Below are positions 1 through 15,000 of a DNA stretch of 64,000 nucleotides, in pieces. The notes under the pieces are model-generated. The model worked only from the letters and a program-made list of their open reading frames with translations. It did no database searches and had not been told where the DNA came from. Origin of the DNA: Eledone cirrhosa (Eukaryota); contig OZ024741.1 in NCBI GenBank assembly GCA_964016885.1, forward strand, positions 190,216,001 to 190,280,000. The letters run 5' to 3'. Each line of letters begins with the position of its first letter. Position 1 is the stretch's first letter. The translations under genes and the position numbers were made by a program.

Positions 1-3000
1 TGGTAGACCGCATGCTAAAGTCTAAATGGCCTGGTAGACAACACACTAAAGTCTAAATGGCCTGGTAGACCGCATGCTAAAGTCTAAATGGCCTGGTAGA
101 TCGCATGCTAAAGTCTAAATGGCCTGGTAGACAACACACTAAAGTCTAAATGGCCTGGTAGACCGCATGCTAAAGTCTAAATGGCCTGGTAAGCAACACA
201 CTAAAGTCTAAATGGCCTGGTAGACCACATGCTAAAGTCTAAATGGTCTGGTAGACAGTATGCTAAAGCCTAAATGGCCTGGTAGATCGCATGCTAAAGT
301 CTAAATGGCCTGGTAGACAACACACTAAAGTCTAAATGGCCTGGTAGACCGCATGCTAAAGTCTAAATGGCCTGGTAGACCGCATGCTAAAGTCTAAAAG
401 GCCTGGTAGACAACACACTAAAGTCTAAATGGTCTGGTAGACCGCATGCTAAAGTCAAAATGGCCTGGTAGACAACACACTAAAGTCTAAATGGCCTGGT
501 AGACCACATGCTAAAGTCTAAATGGTCTGGTAGACAGTATGCTAAAGCCTAAATGGCCTGGTAGATCGCATGCTAAAGTCTAAATAGCCTGGAAGACAAC
601 ACACTAAAGTCTAAATGGTCTGGTAGACCGCATGCTAAAGTCTAAATGGCCTGGTAGACAACACACTAAAGTCTAAATGGCCTGGTAGACCACATGCTAA
701 AGTCTAAATGGCCTGGTAGACCACATGCTAAAGTGTAAATGGTCTGGTAGACCACACACTAAAGTCTAAATGGCCTGGTAGACCGCATGCTAAAGTCTAA
801 ATGGCCTGGTAGACAACACACTAAAGCCTAAATGGTCTGGTAGACCGCATGCTAAAGTCTAAATGGCCTGGTAGACAACACACTAAAGTCTAAATGGCCT
901 GGTAGACCGCATGCTAAAGTCTAAATGGCCTGGTAGATCGCATGCTAAAGTCTAAATGGCCTGGTAGACAACACACTAAAGTCTAAATGGCCTGGTAGAC
1001 CGCATGCTAAAGTCTAAATGGCCTGGTAGACAACACACTAAAGTCTAAATGGCCTGGTAGACCGCATGCTAAAGTCTAAATGGCCTGGTAGACAACACAC
1101 TAAAGTCTAAATGGTCTGGCAGACTGCATGCTAAAGTCTAAATGGCCTGGTAGACAACAAACTAAAGTCTAAATGGCCTGGTAGACCGCATGCTAAAGTC
1201 TAAATGGCCTGGTAAGCAACACACTAAAGTCTAAATGGCCTGGTAGACCATATGCTAAAGTCTAAATGGTCTGGTAGACAGTATGCTAAAGCCTAAATGG
1301 CCTGGTAGATCGCATGCTAAAGTCTAAATAGCCTGGTAGACAACACACTAAAGTCTAAATGGCCTGGTAGACCGCATGCTAAAGTCTAAATGGCCTGGTA
1401 GACAACACACTAAAGTCTAAATGGCCTGGTAGACCGCATGCTAAAGTCTAAATGGCCTGGTAGACCGCATGCTAAAGTCTAAAAGGCCTGGTAGACAACA
1501 CACTAAAGTCTAAATGGTCTGGTAGACCGCATGCTAAAGTCTAAATGGCCTGGTAGACAACACACTAAAGTCTAAATGGCCTGGTAGACCACATGCTAAA
1601 GTCTAAATGGCCTGGTAGACCGCATGCTAAAGTCTAAATGGCCTGGTAGATCGCATGCCAAAGTCTAAATAGCCTGGTAGACAACACACTAAAGTCTAAA
1701 TGTCCTGGTAGACCGCATGCTAAAGTCTAAATGGCCTGGTAGACAACACACTAAAGTCTAAATGGCCTGGTAGACCGCATGCTAAAGTCTAAATGGCCTG
1801 GTAGAGCACACACTAAAGTCTAAATGGCCTGGTAGACAACACACTAAAGTCTAAATGGCATGGTAGACCACATGCTAAAGTCTAAATGGCCTGGTAGAGC
1901 ACACACTAAAGTCTAAATGGCCTGGTAGACCGCATGATAAAGTCTAAATGGCCTGGTAGACAACACACTAAAGTCTAAATGGCCTGGTAGACCGCATGCT
2001 AAAGTCTAAATGGCCTGGTAGACCGCATGCTAAAGTCTAAAAGGCCTGGTAGACAACACACTAAAGTCTAAATGGTCTGGTAGACCGCATGCTAAAGTCT
2101 AAATGGCCTGGTAGACAACACACTAAAGTCTAAATGGCCTGGTAGACCACATGCTAAAGTCCAAATAGCCTGGTAGACCGCATGCTAAAGTCTAAATGGC
2201 CTGGTAGATCGCATGCTAAAGTCTAAATAGCCTGGTAGACAACACACTAAAGTCTAAATATCCTGGTAGACCGCATGCTAAAGTCTAAATGGCCTGGTAG
2301 ACAACACACTGAAGTCTAAATGGCCTGGTAGACCGCATGCTAAAGTCTAAATGGCCTGGTAGAGCACACACTAAAGTCTAAATGGCCTGGTAGACAACAC
2401 ACTAAAGTCTAAATGGCATGGTAGACCACATGCTAAAGTCTAAATGGCCTGGTAGAGCACACACTAAAGTCTAAATGGCCTGGTAGACCGCATGCTAAAG
2501 TCTAAATGGCCTGGTAGAGCACACACTAAAGTCTAAATGGCCTGGTAGACCACATGCTAAAGTCTAAATGGTCTTGTAGACGGTATGCTAAAGTCTAAAT
2601 GGCCTGGTAGACCACACACTAAAGTCTAAATAGCCTGGTAGACCACATGCTAAAGTGTAAATGGTCTGGTAGACCGCATGCTAAAGTCTAAATGGCCTGG
2701 TAGATCGCATGCTAAAGTCTAAATAGCCTGGTAGACAACACACTAAAGTCTAAATGGCCTGGTAGACCGCATGCTAAAGTCTAAATAGCCTGGTAGACAA
2801 CACACTAAAGTCTAAATGGCCTGGTAGAGCGCATGCTAAAGTCTAAATAGCCTGGTAGACAACACACTAAAGTCTAAATAGCCTGGTAGACCACATGCTA
2901 AAGTGTAAATGGTCTGGTAGACCGCATGCTAAAGTCTAAATGGCCTGGTAGATCGCATGCTAAAGTCTAAATAGCCTGGTAGACAACACACTAAAGTCTA

Positions 3001-6000
3001 AATGGCCTGGTAGACCGCATGCTAAAGTCTAAATAGCCTGGTAGACAACACACTAAAGTCTAAATGGCCTGGTAGAGCGCATGCTAAAGTCTAAATAGCC
3101 TGGTAGACAACACACTAAAGTCTAAATGGCCTGGTAGACCGCATGCTAAAGTCTAAATAGCCTGGTAGACAACACACTAAAGTCTAAATGGCCTGGTAGA
3201 CCGCATGCTAAAGTCTAAATAGCCTGGTAGACCACATGCTAAAGTCTAAATGGCCTGGTAGACCACATGCTAAAGTCTAAATGGCCTGGTAGACCGCATG
3301 CTAAAGTCTAAATGGCCTGGTAGACCGCATGCTAAAGTCTAAATGGCCTGGTAGACAACACACTAAAGTCTAAATGGCCTGGTAGACCACATGCTAAAGT
3401 CTAAATGGCCTGGTAGACCGCATGCTAAAGTCTAAATGGCCTGGTAGATCGCATGCTAAAGTCTAAATAGCCTGGTAGACAACACACTAAAGTCTAAATG
3501 TCCTGGTAGACCGCATGCTAAAGTCTAAATGGCCTGGTAGACAACACACTAAAGTCTAAATGGCCTGGTAGACCGCATGCTAAAGTCTAAATGGCATGGT
3601 AGAGCACACACTAAAGTTTAAATGGCCTGGTAGACCGCATGCTAAAGTCTAAATGGCCTGGTAGAGCACACACTAAAGTCTAAATGGCCTGGTAGACCAC
3701 ATGCTAAAGTCTAAATGGTCTGGTAGACGGTATGCTAAAGTCTAAATGGCCTGGTAGACCACACACTAAAGTCTAAATAGCCTGGTAGACCACATGCTAA
3801 AGTGTAAATGGTCTGGTAGACCGCATGCTAAAGTCTAAATGGCCTGGTAGATCGCATGCTAAAGTCTAAATAGCCTGGTAGACAACACACTAAAGTCTAA
3901 ATGGCCTGGTAGAGCGCATGCTAAAGTCTAAATAGCCTGGTAGACAACACACTAAAGTCTAAATGGCCTGGTAGACCGCATGCTAAAGTCTAAATAGCCT
4001 GGTAGACAACACACTAAAGTCTAAATGGCCTGGTAGACCGCATGCTAAAGTCTAAATAGCCTGGTAGACCACATGCTAAAGTCTAAATGGCCCGGTAGAC
4101 CACACACTAAAGTCTAAATGGCCTGGTAGACCACACACTAAAGTCTAAATAGCCCGGTAGACAGCATGCTAAAGTCTAAATAGCCTGGTAGACCACATGC
4201 TAAAGTCTAAATGGCCTGGTAGACCGCATCTTAAAGTCTAAATGGCCTGGTAGACCGCATGCTAAAGTATAAATGGCCTGGTAGACCACACACTAAAGTC
4301 TAAATAGCCTGGTAGACCACATGCTAAAGTCTAAATGGCCTGGTAGACCACATACTAAAGTCTAAATTGTCTGGTAGACAGTATGCTAAAGTATAAATGT
4401 CCTGGTAGAGCACATGCTAAAGTCTAAATGGTCTGGTAGACAGTATGCTAAAGCCTAAATGGCCTGGTAGACCACATGCTAAAGTCTAAATGGTCTGGTA
4501 GACAGTATGCTAAAGTCTAAATGGCCTGGTAGACCACATGCTAAAGTCTAAATGGCCTGGTAGACCACATGCTAAAGTGTAAATGGTCTGGTAGACCACA
4601 CACTAAAGTCTAAATGGCCTGGTAGACCGCATGTTAAAGTGTAAATGGCCTGGTAGATCGCATGCTAAAGTCTAAATAGCCTGGTAGACAACACACTAAA
4701 GTCTAAATGGCCTGGTAGACCGCATGCTAAAGTCTAAATGGCCTGGTAGACAACACACTAAAGTCTAAATGGCCTGGTAGACCACATGCTAAAGTCTAAA
4801 TGGCCTCGTAGACCACATGCTAAAGTGTAAATGGTCTGGTAGACCACACACTAAAGTCTAAATGGCCTGGTAGACCGCATGCTAAAGTCTAAATGGCCTG
4901 GTAGACAACACACTAAAGCCTAAATGGTCTGGTAGACCGCATGCTAAAGTCTAAATGGCCTGGTAGACAACACACTAAAGTCTAAATGGCCTGGTAGACC
5001 GCATGCTAAAGTCTAAATGGCCTGGTAGATCGCATGCTAAAGTCTAAATGGCCTGGTAGACAACACACTAAAGTCTAAATGGCCTGGTAGACCGCATGCT
5101 AAAGTCTAAATGGCCTGGTAAGCAACACACTAAAGTCTAAATGGCCTGGTAGACCACATGCTAAAGACTAAATGGTCTGGTAGACAGTATGCTAAAGCCT
5201 AAATGGCCTGGTAGATCGCATGCTAAAGTCTAAATGGCCTGGTAGACAACACACTAAAGTCTAAATGGCCTGGTAGACCGCATGCTAAAGTCTAAATGGC
5301 CTGGTAGACCGCATGCTAAAGTCTAAAAGGCCTGGTAGACAACACACTAAAGTCTAAATGGTCTGGTAGACCGCATGCTAAAGTCAAAATGGCCTGGTAG
5401 ACAACACACTAAAGTCTAAATGGCCTGGTAGACCACATGCTAAAGTCTAAATGGTCTGGTAGACAGTATGCTAAAGCCTAAATGGCCTGGTAGATCGCAT
5501 GCTAAAGTCTAAATAGCCTGGAAGACAACACACTAAAGTCTAAATGGTCTGGTAGACCGCATGCTAAAGTCTAAATGGCCTGGTAGACAACACACTAAAG
5601 TCTAAATGGCCTGGTAGACCACATGCTAAAGTCTAAATGGCCTGGTAGACCACATGCTAAAGTGTAAATGGTCTGGTAGACCACACACTAAAGTCTAAAT
5701 GGCCTGGTAGACCGCATGCTAAAGTCTAAATGGCCTGGTAGACAACACACTAAAGCCTAAATGGTCTGGTAGACCGCATGCTAAAGTCTAAATGGCCTGG
5801 TAGACAACACACTAAAGTCTAAATGGCCTGGTAGACCGCATGCTAAAGTCTAAATGGCCTGGTAGATCGCATGCTAAAGTCTAAATGGCCTGGTAGACAA
5901 CACACTAAAGTCTAAATGGCCTGGTAGACCGCATGCTAAAGTCTAAATGGCCTGGTAGACAACACACTAAAGTCTAAATGGCCTGGTAGACCGCATGCTA

Positions 6001-9000
6001 AAGTCTAAATGGCCTGGTAGACAACACACTAAAGTCTAAATGGTCTGGCAGACTGCATGCTAAAGTCTAAATGGCCTGGTAGACAACAAACTAAAGTCTA
6101 AATGGCCTGGTAGACCGCATGCTAAAGTCTAAATGGCCTGGTAAGCAACACACTAAAGTCTAAATGGCCTGGTAGACCATATGCTAAAGTCTAAATGGTC
6201 TGGTAGACAGTATGCTAAAGCCTAAATGGCCTGGTAGATCGCATGCTAAAGTCTAAATAGCCTGGTAGACAACACACTAAAGTCTAAATGGCCTGGTAGA
6301 CCGCATGCTAAAGTCTAAATGGCCTGGTAGACAACACACTAAAGTCTAAATGGCCTGGTAGACCGCATGCTAAAGTCTAAATGGCCTGGTAGACCGCATG
6401 CTAAAGTCTAAAAGGCCTGGTAGACAACACACTAAAGTCTAAATGGTCTGGTAGACCGCATGCTAAAGTCTAAATGGCCTGGTAGACAACACACTAAAGT
6501 CTAAATGGCCTGGTAGACCACATGCTAAAGTCTAAATGGCCTGGTAGACCGCATGCTAAAGTCTAAATGGCCTGGTAGATCGCATGCCAAAGTCTAAATA
6601 GCCTGGTAGACAACACACTAAAGTCTAAATGTCCTGGTAGACCGCATGCTAAAGTCTAAATGGCCTGGTAGACAACACACTAAAGTCTAAATGGCCTGGT
6701 AGACCGCATGCTAAAGTCTAAATGGCCTGGTAGAGCACACACTAAAGTCTAAATGGCCTGGTAGACAACACACTAAAGTCTAAATGGCATGGTAGACCAC
6801 ATGCTAAAGTCTAAATGGCCTGGTAGAGCACACACTAAAGTCTAAATGGCCTGGTAGACCGCATGATAAAGTCTAAATGGCCTGGTAGACAACACACTAA
6901 AGTCTAAATGGCCTGGTAGACCGCATGCTAAAGTCTAAATGGCCTGGTAGACCGCATGCTAAAGTCTAAAAGGCCTGGTAGACAACACACTAAAGTCTAA
7001 ATGGTCTGGTAGACCGCATGCTAAAGTCTAAATGGCCTGGTAGACAACACACTAAAGTCTAAATGGCCTGGTAGACCACATGCTAAAGTCCAAATAGCCT
7101 GGTAGACCGCATGCTAAAGTCTAAATGGCCTGGTAGATCGCATGCTAAAGTCTAAATAGCCTGGTAGACAACACACTAAAGTCTAAATATCCTGGTAGAC
7201 CGCATGCTAAAGTCTAAATGGCCTGGTAGACAACACACTGAAGTCTAAATGGCCTGGTAGACCGCATGCTAAAGTCTAAATGGCCTGGTAGAGCACACAC
7301 TAAAGTCTAAATGGCCTGGTAGACAACACACTAAAGTCTAAATGGCATGGTAGACCACATGCTAAAGTCTAAATGGCCTGGTAGAGCACACACTAAAGTC
7401 TAAATGGCCTGGTAGACCGCATGCTAAAGTCTAAATGGCCTGGTAGAGCACACACTAAAGTCTAAATGGCCTGGTAGACCACATGCTAAAGTCTAAATGG
7501 TCTTGTAGACGGTATGCTAAAGTCTAAATGGCCTGGTAGACCACACACTAAAGTCTAAATAGCCTGGTAGACCACATGCTAAAGTGTAAATGGTCTGGTA
7601 GACCGCATGCTAAAGTCTAAATGGCCTGGTAGATCGCATGCTAAAGTCTAAATAGCCTGGTAGACAACACACTAAAGTCTAAATGGCCTGGTAGACCGCA
7701 TGCTAAAGTCTAAATAGCCTGGTAGACAACACACTAAAGTCTAAATGGCCTGGTAGAGCGCATGCTAAAGTCTAAATAGCCTGGTAGACAACACACTAAA
7801 GTCTAAATAGCCTGGTAGACCACATGCTAAAGTGTAAATGGTCTGGTAGACCGCATGCTAAAGTCTAAATGGCCTGGTAGATCGCATGCTAAAGTCTAAA
7901 TAGCCTGGTAGACAACACACTAAAGTCTAAATGGCCTGGTAGACCGCATGCTAAAGTCTAAATAGCCTGGTAGACAACACACTAAAGTCTAAATGGCCTG
8001 GTAGAGCGCATGCTAAAGTCTAAATAGCCTGGTAGACAACACACTAAAGTCTAAATGGCCTGGTAGACCGCATGCTAAAGTCTAAATAGCCTGGTAGACA
8101 ACACACTAAAGTCTAAATGGCCTGGTAGACCGCATGCTAAAGTCTAAATAGCCTGGTAGACCACATGCTAAAGTCTAAATGGCCTGGTAGACCACACACT
8201 AAAGTCTAAATGGCCTGGTAGACCACACACTAAAGTCTAAATAGCCTGGTAGACCGCATGCTAAAGTCTAAATAGCCTGGTAGACCACATGCTAAAGTCT
8301 AAATGGCCTGGTAGACCGCATGTTAAAGTCTAAATGGCCTGGTAGACCGCATGCTAAAGTATAAATGGCCTGGTAGATCACACACTAAAGTCTAAATAGC
8401 CTGGTAGACCACATGCTAAAGTCTAAATGGCCTGGTAGACCACATACTAAAGTCTAAATGGTCTGGTAGACAGTATGCTAAAGTCTAAATGGCCTGGTAG
8501 AGCACATGCTAAAGTCTAAATGGTCTGGTAGACAGTATGCTAAAGTCTAAATGGCCTGGTAGACCACATGCTAAAGTCTAAATGGTCTGGTAGACAGTAT
8601 GCTAAAGTCTAAATGGCCTGGTAGACCACATGCTAAAGTCTAAATGGCCTGGTAGACCGCATGCTAAAGTCTAAATGGCCTGGTAAGCAACACACTAAAG
8701 TCTAAATGGCCTGGTAGACCACATGCTAAAGTCTAAATGGTCTGGTAGACAGTATGCTAAAGCCTAAATGGCCTGGCAGATCGCATGCTAAAGTCTAAAT
8801 AGCCTGGTAGACAACACACTAAAGTCTAAATGGCCTGGTAGACCGCATGCTAAAGCCTAAATGGCCTGGTAGACCGCATGCTAAAGTCTAAATGGCCTGG
8901 TAGACAACACACTAAAGTCTAAATGGCCTGGTAGACCGCATGCTAAAGTCTAAATGGCCTGGTAGACAACACACTAAAGTCTAAATGGCCTGGTAGACCG

Positions 9001-12000
9001 CATGCTAAAGTCTAAATGGCCTGGTAGACCGCATGCTAAAGTCTAAAAGGCCTGGTAGACAACACACTAAAGTCTAAATGGCCTGGTAGATCACATGCTA
9101 AAGTCTAAATGGTCTGGTAGACAGTATGCTAAAACCTAAATGGCCTGGTAGATCGCATGCTGAAGTCTAAATAGCCTGGTAGACAACACACTAAAGTCTA
9201 AATGGCATGGTAGACCGCATGCTAAAGTCTAAATGGCCTGGTAGACAACACACTAAAGTCTAAATGGCCTGGTAGACCACATGCTAAAGTCTAAATGGCC
9301 TGGTAGACCGCATGCTAAAGTCTAAATGGCCTGGTAGATCGCATGCTAAAGTCTAAATAGCCTGGTAGACAACACACTAAAGTCTAAATGTCCTGGTAGA
9401 CCGCATGCTAAAGTCTAAATGGCCTGGTAGACAACACACTAAAGTCTAAATGGCCTGGTAGACCGCATGCTAAAGTCTAAATGGCATGGTAGAGCACACA
9501 CTAAAGTTTAAATGGCCTGGTAGACCGCATGCTAAAGTCTAAATGGCCTGGTAGAGCACACACTAAAGTCTAAATGGCCTGGTAGACCACATGCTAAAGT
9601 CTAAATGGTCTGGTAGACGGTATGCTAAAGTCTAAATGGCCTGGTAGACCACACACTAAAGTCTAAATAGCCTGGTAGACCACATGCTAAAGTGTAAATG
9701 GTCTGGTAGACCGCATGCTAAAGTCTAAATGGCCTGGTAGACCGCATGCTAAAGTCTAAAAGGCCTGGTAGACAACACACTAAAGTCTAAATGGTCTGGT
9801 AGACCGCATGCTAACTCTAAATGGCCTGGTAGACAACACACTAAAGTCTAAATAGCCTGGTAGACCACATGCTAAAGTCTAAATGGTCTGGTAGACAGTA
9901 TGCTAAAGAGTAAATGGCCTGGTAGATCGCATGCTAAAGTCTAAATAGCCTGGTAGACAACACACTAAAGTCTAAATGGCCTGGTAGAACGCATGCTAAA
10001 GTCTAAATGGCCTGGTAGACAACACACTAAAGTCTAAATGGCATGGTAGACCACATGCTAAAGTCTAAATGGCCTGGTAGACCGCATGCTAAAGTCTAAA
10101 TGGCCTGGTAGATCGCATGTTAAAGTCTAAATAGCCTGGTAGACAACACACTAAAGTCTAAATGTCCTGGTAGACCGCATGCTAAAGTCTAAATGGCCTG
10201 GTAGACAACACACTAAAGTTTAAATGGCCTGGTAGACCGCATGCTAAAGTCTAAATAGCCTGGTAGAGCACACACTAAAGTCTAAATGGCCTGGTAGACA
10301 ACACACTAAAGTCTAAATGGCATGGTAGACCACATGCTAAAGTCTAAATGGCCTGGTAGAGCACACACTAAAGTCTAAATGGCCTGGTAGACCGCTTGCT
10401 AAAGTCTAAATGGCCTGGTAGAGCACACACTAAAGTCTAAATGGCCTGGTAGACCACACACTAAAGTCTAAATAGCCTGGTAGACCACATGCTAAAGTGT
10501 AAATGGTCTGGTAGACCGCATGCTAAAGTCTAAATGGCCTGGTAGATCGCATGCTAAAGTCTAAATAGCCTGGTAGACAACACACTAAAGTCTAAATGGC
10601 CTGGTAGACCGCATGCTAAAGTCTAAATAGCCTGGTAGACAACACACTAAAGTCTAAATGGCCTGGTAGAGCGCATGCTAAAGTCTAAATAGCCTGGTAG
10701 ACAACACACTAAAGTCTAAATGGCCTGGTAGACCGCATGCTAAAGTCTAAATAGCCTGGTAGACAACACACTAAAGTCTAAATGGCCTGGTAGACCGCAT
10801 GCTAAAGTCTAAATAGCCTGGTAGATCACATGCTAAAGTCTAAATGGCCTGGTAGACCACACACTAAAGTCTAAATGGCCTGGTAGACCACACACTAAAG
10901 TCTAAATAGCCTGGTAGACCGCATGCTAAAGTCTAAATAGCCTGGTAGACCACATGCTAAAGTCTAAATGGCCTGGTAGACCGCATGTTAAAGTCTAAAT
11001 GGCCTGGTAGACCGCATGCTAAAGTATAAATGGCCTGGTAGATCACACACTAAAGTCTAAATAGCCTGGTAGACCACATGCTAAAGTCTAAATGGCCTGG
11101 TAGACCACATACTAAAGTCTAAATGGTCTGGTAGACAGTATGCTAAAGTCTAAATGGCCTGGTAGAGCACATGCTAAAGTCTAAATGGTCTGGTAGACAG
11201 TATGCTAAAGTCTAAATGGCCTGGTAGACCACATGCTAAAGTCTAAATGGTCTGGTAGACAGTATGCTAAAGTCTAAATGGCCTGGTAGACCACATGCTA
11301 AAGTCTAAATGGCCTGGTAGACCGCATGCTAAAGTCTAAATGGCCTGGTAAGCAACACACTAAAGTCTAAATGGCCTGGTAGACCACATGCTAAAGTCTA
11401 AATGGTCTGGTAGACAGTATGCTAAAGCCTAAATGGCCTGGCAGATCGCATGCTAAAGTCTAAATAGCCTGGTAGACAACACACAAAAGTCTAAATGGCC
11501 TGGTAGACCGCATGCTAAAGTCTAAATGGCCTGGTAGACCGCATGCTAAAGTCTAAATGGCCTGGTAGACAACACACTAAAGTCTAAATGGCCTGGTAGA
11601 CCGCATGCTAAAGTCTAAATGGCCTGGTAGACAACACACTAAAGTCTAAATGGCCTGGTAGACCGCATGCTAAAGTCTAAATGGCCTGGTAGACCGCATG
11701 CTAAAGTCTAAAAGGCCTGGTAGACAACACACTAAAGTCTAAATGGCCTGGTAGATCACATGCTAAAGTCTAAATGGTCTGGTACACAGTATGCTAAAGC
11801 CTAAATGGCCTGGTAGATCGCATGCTGAAGTCTAAATGGCCTGGTAGACAACACACTAAAGTCTAAATGGCATGGTAGACCGCATGCTAAAGTCTAAATG
11901 GCCTGGTAGACAACACACTAAAGTCTAAATGGCCTGGTAGACCACATGCTAAAGTCTAAATGGCCTGGTAGACCGCATGCTAAAGTCTAAATGGCCTGGT

Positions 12001-15000
12001 AGATCGCATGCTAAAGTCTAAATAGCCTGGTAGACAACACACTAAAGTCTAAATGTCCTGGTAGACCGCATGCTAAAGTCTAAATGGCCTGGTAGACAAC
12101 ACACTAAAGTCTAAATGGCCTGGTAGACCGCATGCTAAAGTCTAAATGGCATGGTAGAGCACACACTAAAGTTTAAATGGCCTGGTAGACCGCATGCTAA
12201 AGTCTAAATGGCCTGGTAGAGCACACACTAAAGTCTAAATGGCCTGGTAGACCACATGCTAAAGTCTAAATGGTCTGGTAGACGGTATGCTAAAGTCTAA
12301 ATGGCCTGGTAGACCACACACTAAAGTCTAAATAGCCTGGTAGACCACATGCTAAAGTGTAAATGGTCTGGTAGACCGCATGCTAAAGTCTAAATGGCCT
12401 GGTAGACCGCATGCTAAAGTCTAAAAGGCCTGGTAGACAACACACTAAAGTCTAAATGGTCTGGTAGACCGCATGCTAACTCTAAATGGCCTGGTAGACA
12501 ACACACTAAAGTCTAAATAGCCTGGTAGACCACATGCTAAAGTCTAAATGGTCTGGTAGACAGTATGCTAAAGAGTAAATGGCCTGGTAGATCGCATGCT
12601 AAAGTCTAAATAGCCTGGTAGACAACACACTAAAGTCTAAATGGCCTGGTAGAACGCATGCTAAAGTCTAAATGGCCTGGTAGACAACACACTAAAGTCT
12701 AAATGGCATGGTAGACCACATGCTAAAGTCTAAATGGCCTGGTAGACCGCATGCTAAAGTCTAAATGGCCTGGTAGATCGCATGTTAAAGTCTAAATAGC
12801 CTGGTAGACAACACACTAAAGTCTAAATGTCCTGGTAGACCGCATGCTAAAGTCTAAATGGCCTGGTAGACAACACACTAAAGTTTAAATGGCCTGGTAG
12901 ACCGCATGCTAAAGTCTAAATAGCCTGGTAGAGCACACACTAAAGTCTAAATGGCCTGGTAGACAACACACTAAAGTCTAAATGGCATGGTAGACCACAT
13001 GCTAAAGTCTAAATGGCCTGGTAGAGCACACACTAAAGTCTAAATGGCCTGGTAGACCGCTTGCTAAAGTCTAAATGGCCTGGTAGAGCACACACTAAAG
13101 TCTAAATGGCCTGGTAGACCACACACTAAAGTCTAAATAGCCTGGTAGACCACATGCTAAAGTGTAAATGGTCTGGTAGACCGCATGCTAAAGTCTAAAT
13201 GGCCTGGTAGATCGCATGCTAAAGTCTAAATAGCCTGGTAGACAACACACTAAAGTCTAAATGGCCTGGTAGACCGCATGCTAAAGTCTAAATAGCCTGG
13301 TAGACAACACACTAAAGTCTAAATGGCCTGGTAGAGCGCATGCTAAAGTCTAAATAGCCTGGTAGACAACACACTAAAGTCTAAATGGCCTGGTAGACCG
13401 CATGCTAAAGTCTAAATAGCCTGGTAGACAACACACTAAAGTCTAAATGGCCTGGTAGACCGCATGCTAAAGTCTAAATAGCCTGGTAGATCACATGCTA
13501 AAGTCTAAATGGCCTGGTAGACCACACACTAAAGTCTAAATGGCCTGGTAGACCACACACTAAAGTCTAAATAGCCTGGTAGACCGCATGCTAAAGTCTA
13601 AATAGCCTGGTAGACCACATGCTAAAGTCTAAATGGCCTGGTAGACCGCATGTTAAAGTCTAAATGGCCTGGTAGACCGCATGCTAAAGTATAAATGGCC
13701 TGGTAGATCACACACTAAAGTCTAAATAGCCTGGTAGACCACATGCTAAAGTCTAAATGGCCTGGTAGACCACATACTAAAGTCTAAATGGTCTGGTAGA
13801 CAGTATGCTAAAGTCTAAATGGCCTGGTAGAGCACATGCTAAAGTCTAAATGGTCTGGTAGACAGTATGCTAAAGTCTAAATGGCCTGGTAGACCACATG
13901 CTAAAGTCTAAATGGTCTGGTAGACAGTATGCTAAAGTCTAAATGGCCTGGTAGACCACATGCTAAAGTCTAAATGGCCTGGTAGACCGCATGCTAAAGT
14001 CTAAATGGCCTGGTAAGCAACACACTAAAGTCTAAATGGCCTGGTAGACCACATGCTAAAGTCTAAATGGTCTGGTAGACAGTATGCTAAAGCCTAAATG
14101 GCCTGGCAGATCGCATGCTAAAGTCTAAATAGCCTGGTAGACAACACACAAAAGTCTAAATGGCCTGGTAGACCGCATGCTAAAGTCTAAATGGCCTGGT
14201 AGACCGCATGCTAAAGTCTAAATGGCCTGGTAGACAACACACTAAAGTCTAAATGGCCTGGTAGACCGCATGCTAAAGTCTAAATGGCCTGGTAGACAAC
14301 ACACTAAAGTCTAAATGGCCTGGTAGACCGCATGCTAAAGTCTAAATGGCCTGGTAGACCGCATGCTAAAGTCTAAAAGGCCTGGTAGACAACACACTAA
14401 AGTCTAAATGGCCTGGTAGATCACATGCTAAAGTCTAAATGGTCTGGTACACAGTATGCTAAAGCCTAAATGGCCTGGTAGATCGCATGCTGAAGTCTAA
14501 ATAGCCTGGTAGACAACACACTAAAGTCTAAATGGCATGGTAGACCGCATGCTAAAGTCTAAATGGCCTGGTAGACAATACACTAAAGTCTAAATGGCCT
14601 GGTAGACCACATGCTAAAGTCTAAATGGCCTGGTAGACCGCATGCTAAAGTCTAAATGGCCTGGTAGATCGCATGCTAAAGTCTAAATAGCCTGGTAGAC
14701 AACACACTAAAGTCTAAATGTCCTGGTAGACCGCATGCTAAAGTCTAAATGGCCTGGTAGACAACACACTAAAGTCTAAATGGCCTGGTAGACCGCATGC
14801 TAAAGTCTAAATGGCATGGTAGAGCACACACTAAAGTTTAAATGGCCTGGTAGACCGCATGCTAAAGTCTAAATGGCCTGGTAGAGCACACACTAAAGTC
14901 TAAATGGCCTGGTAGACCACATGCTAAAGTCTAAATGGTCTGGTAGACGGTATGCTAAAGTCTAAATGGCCTGGTAGACCACACACTAAAGTCTAAATAG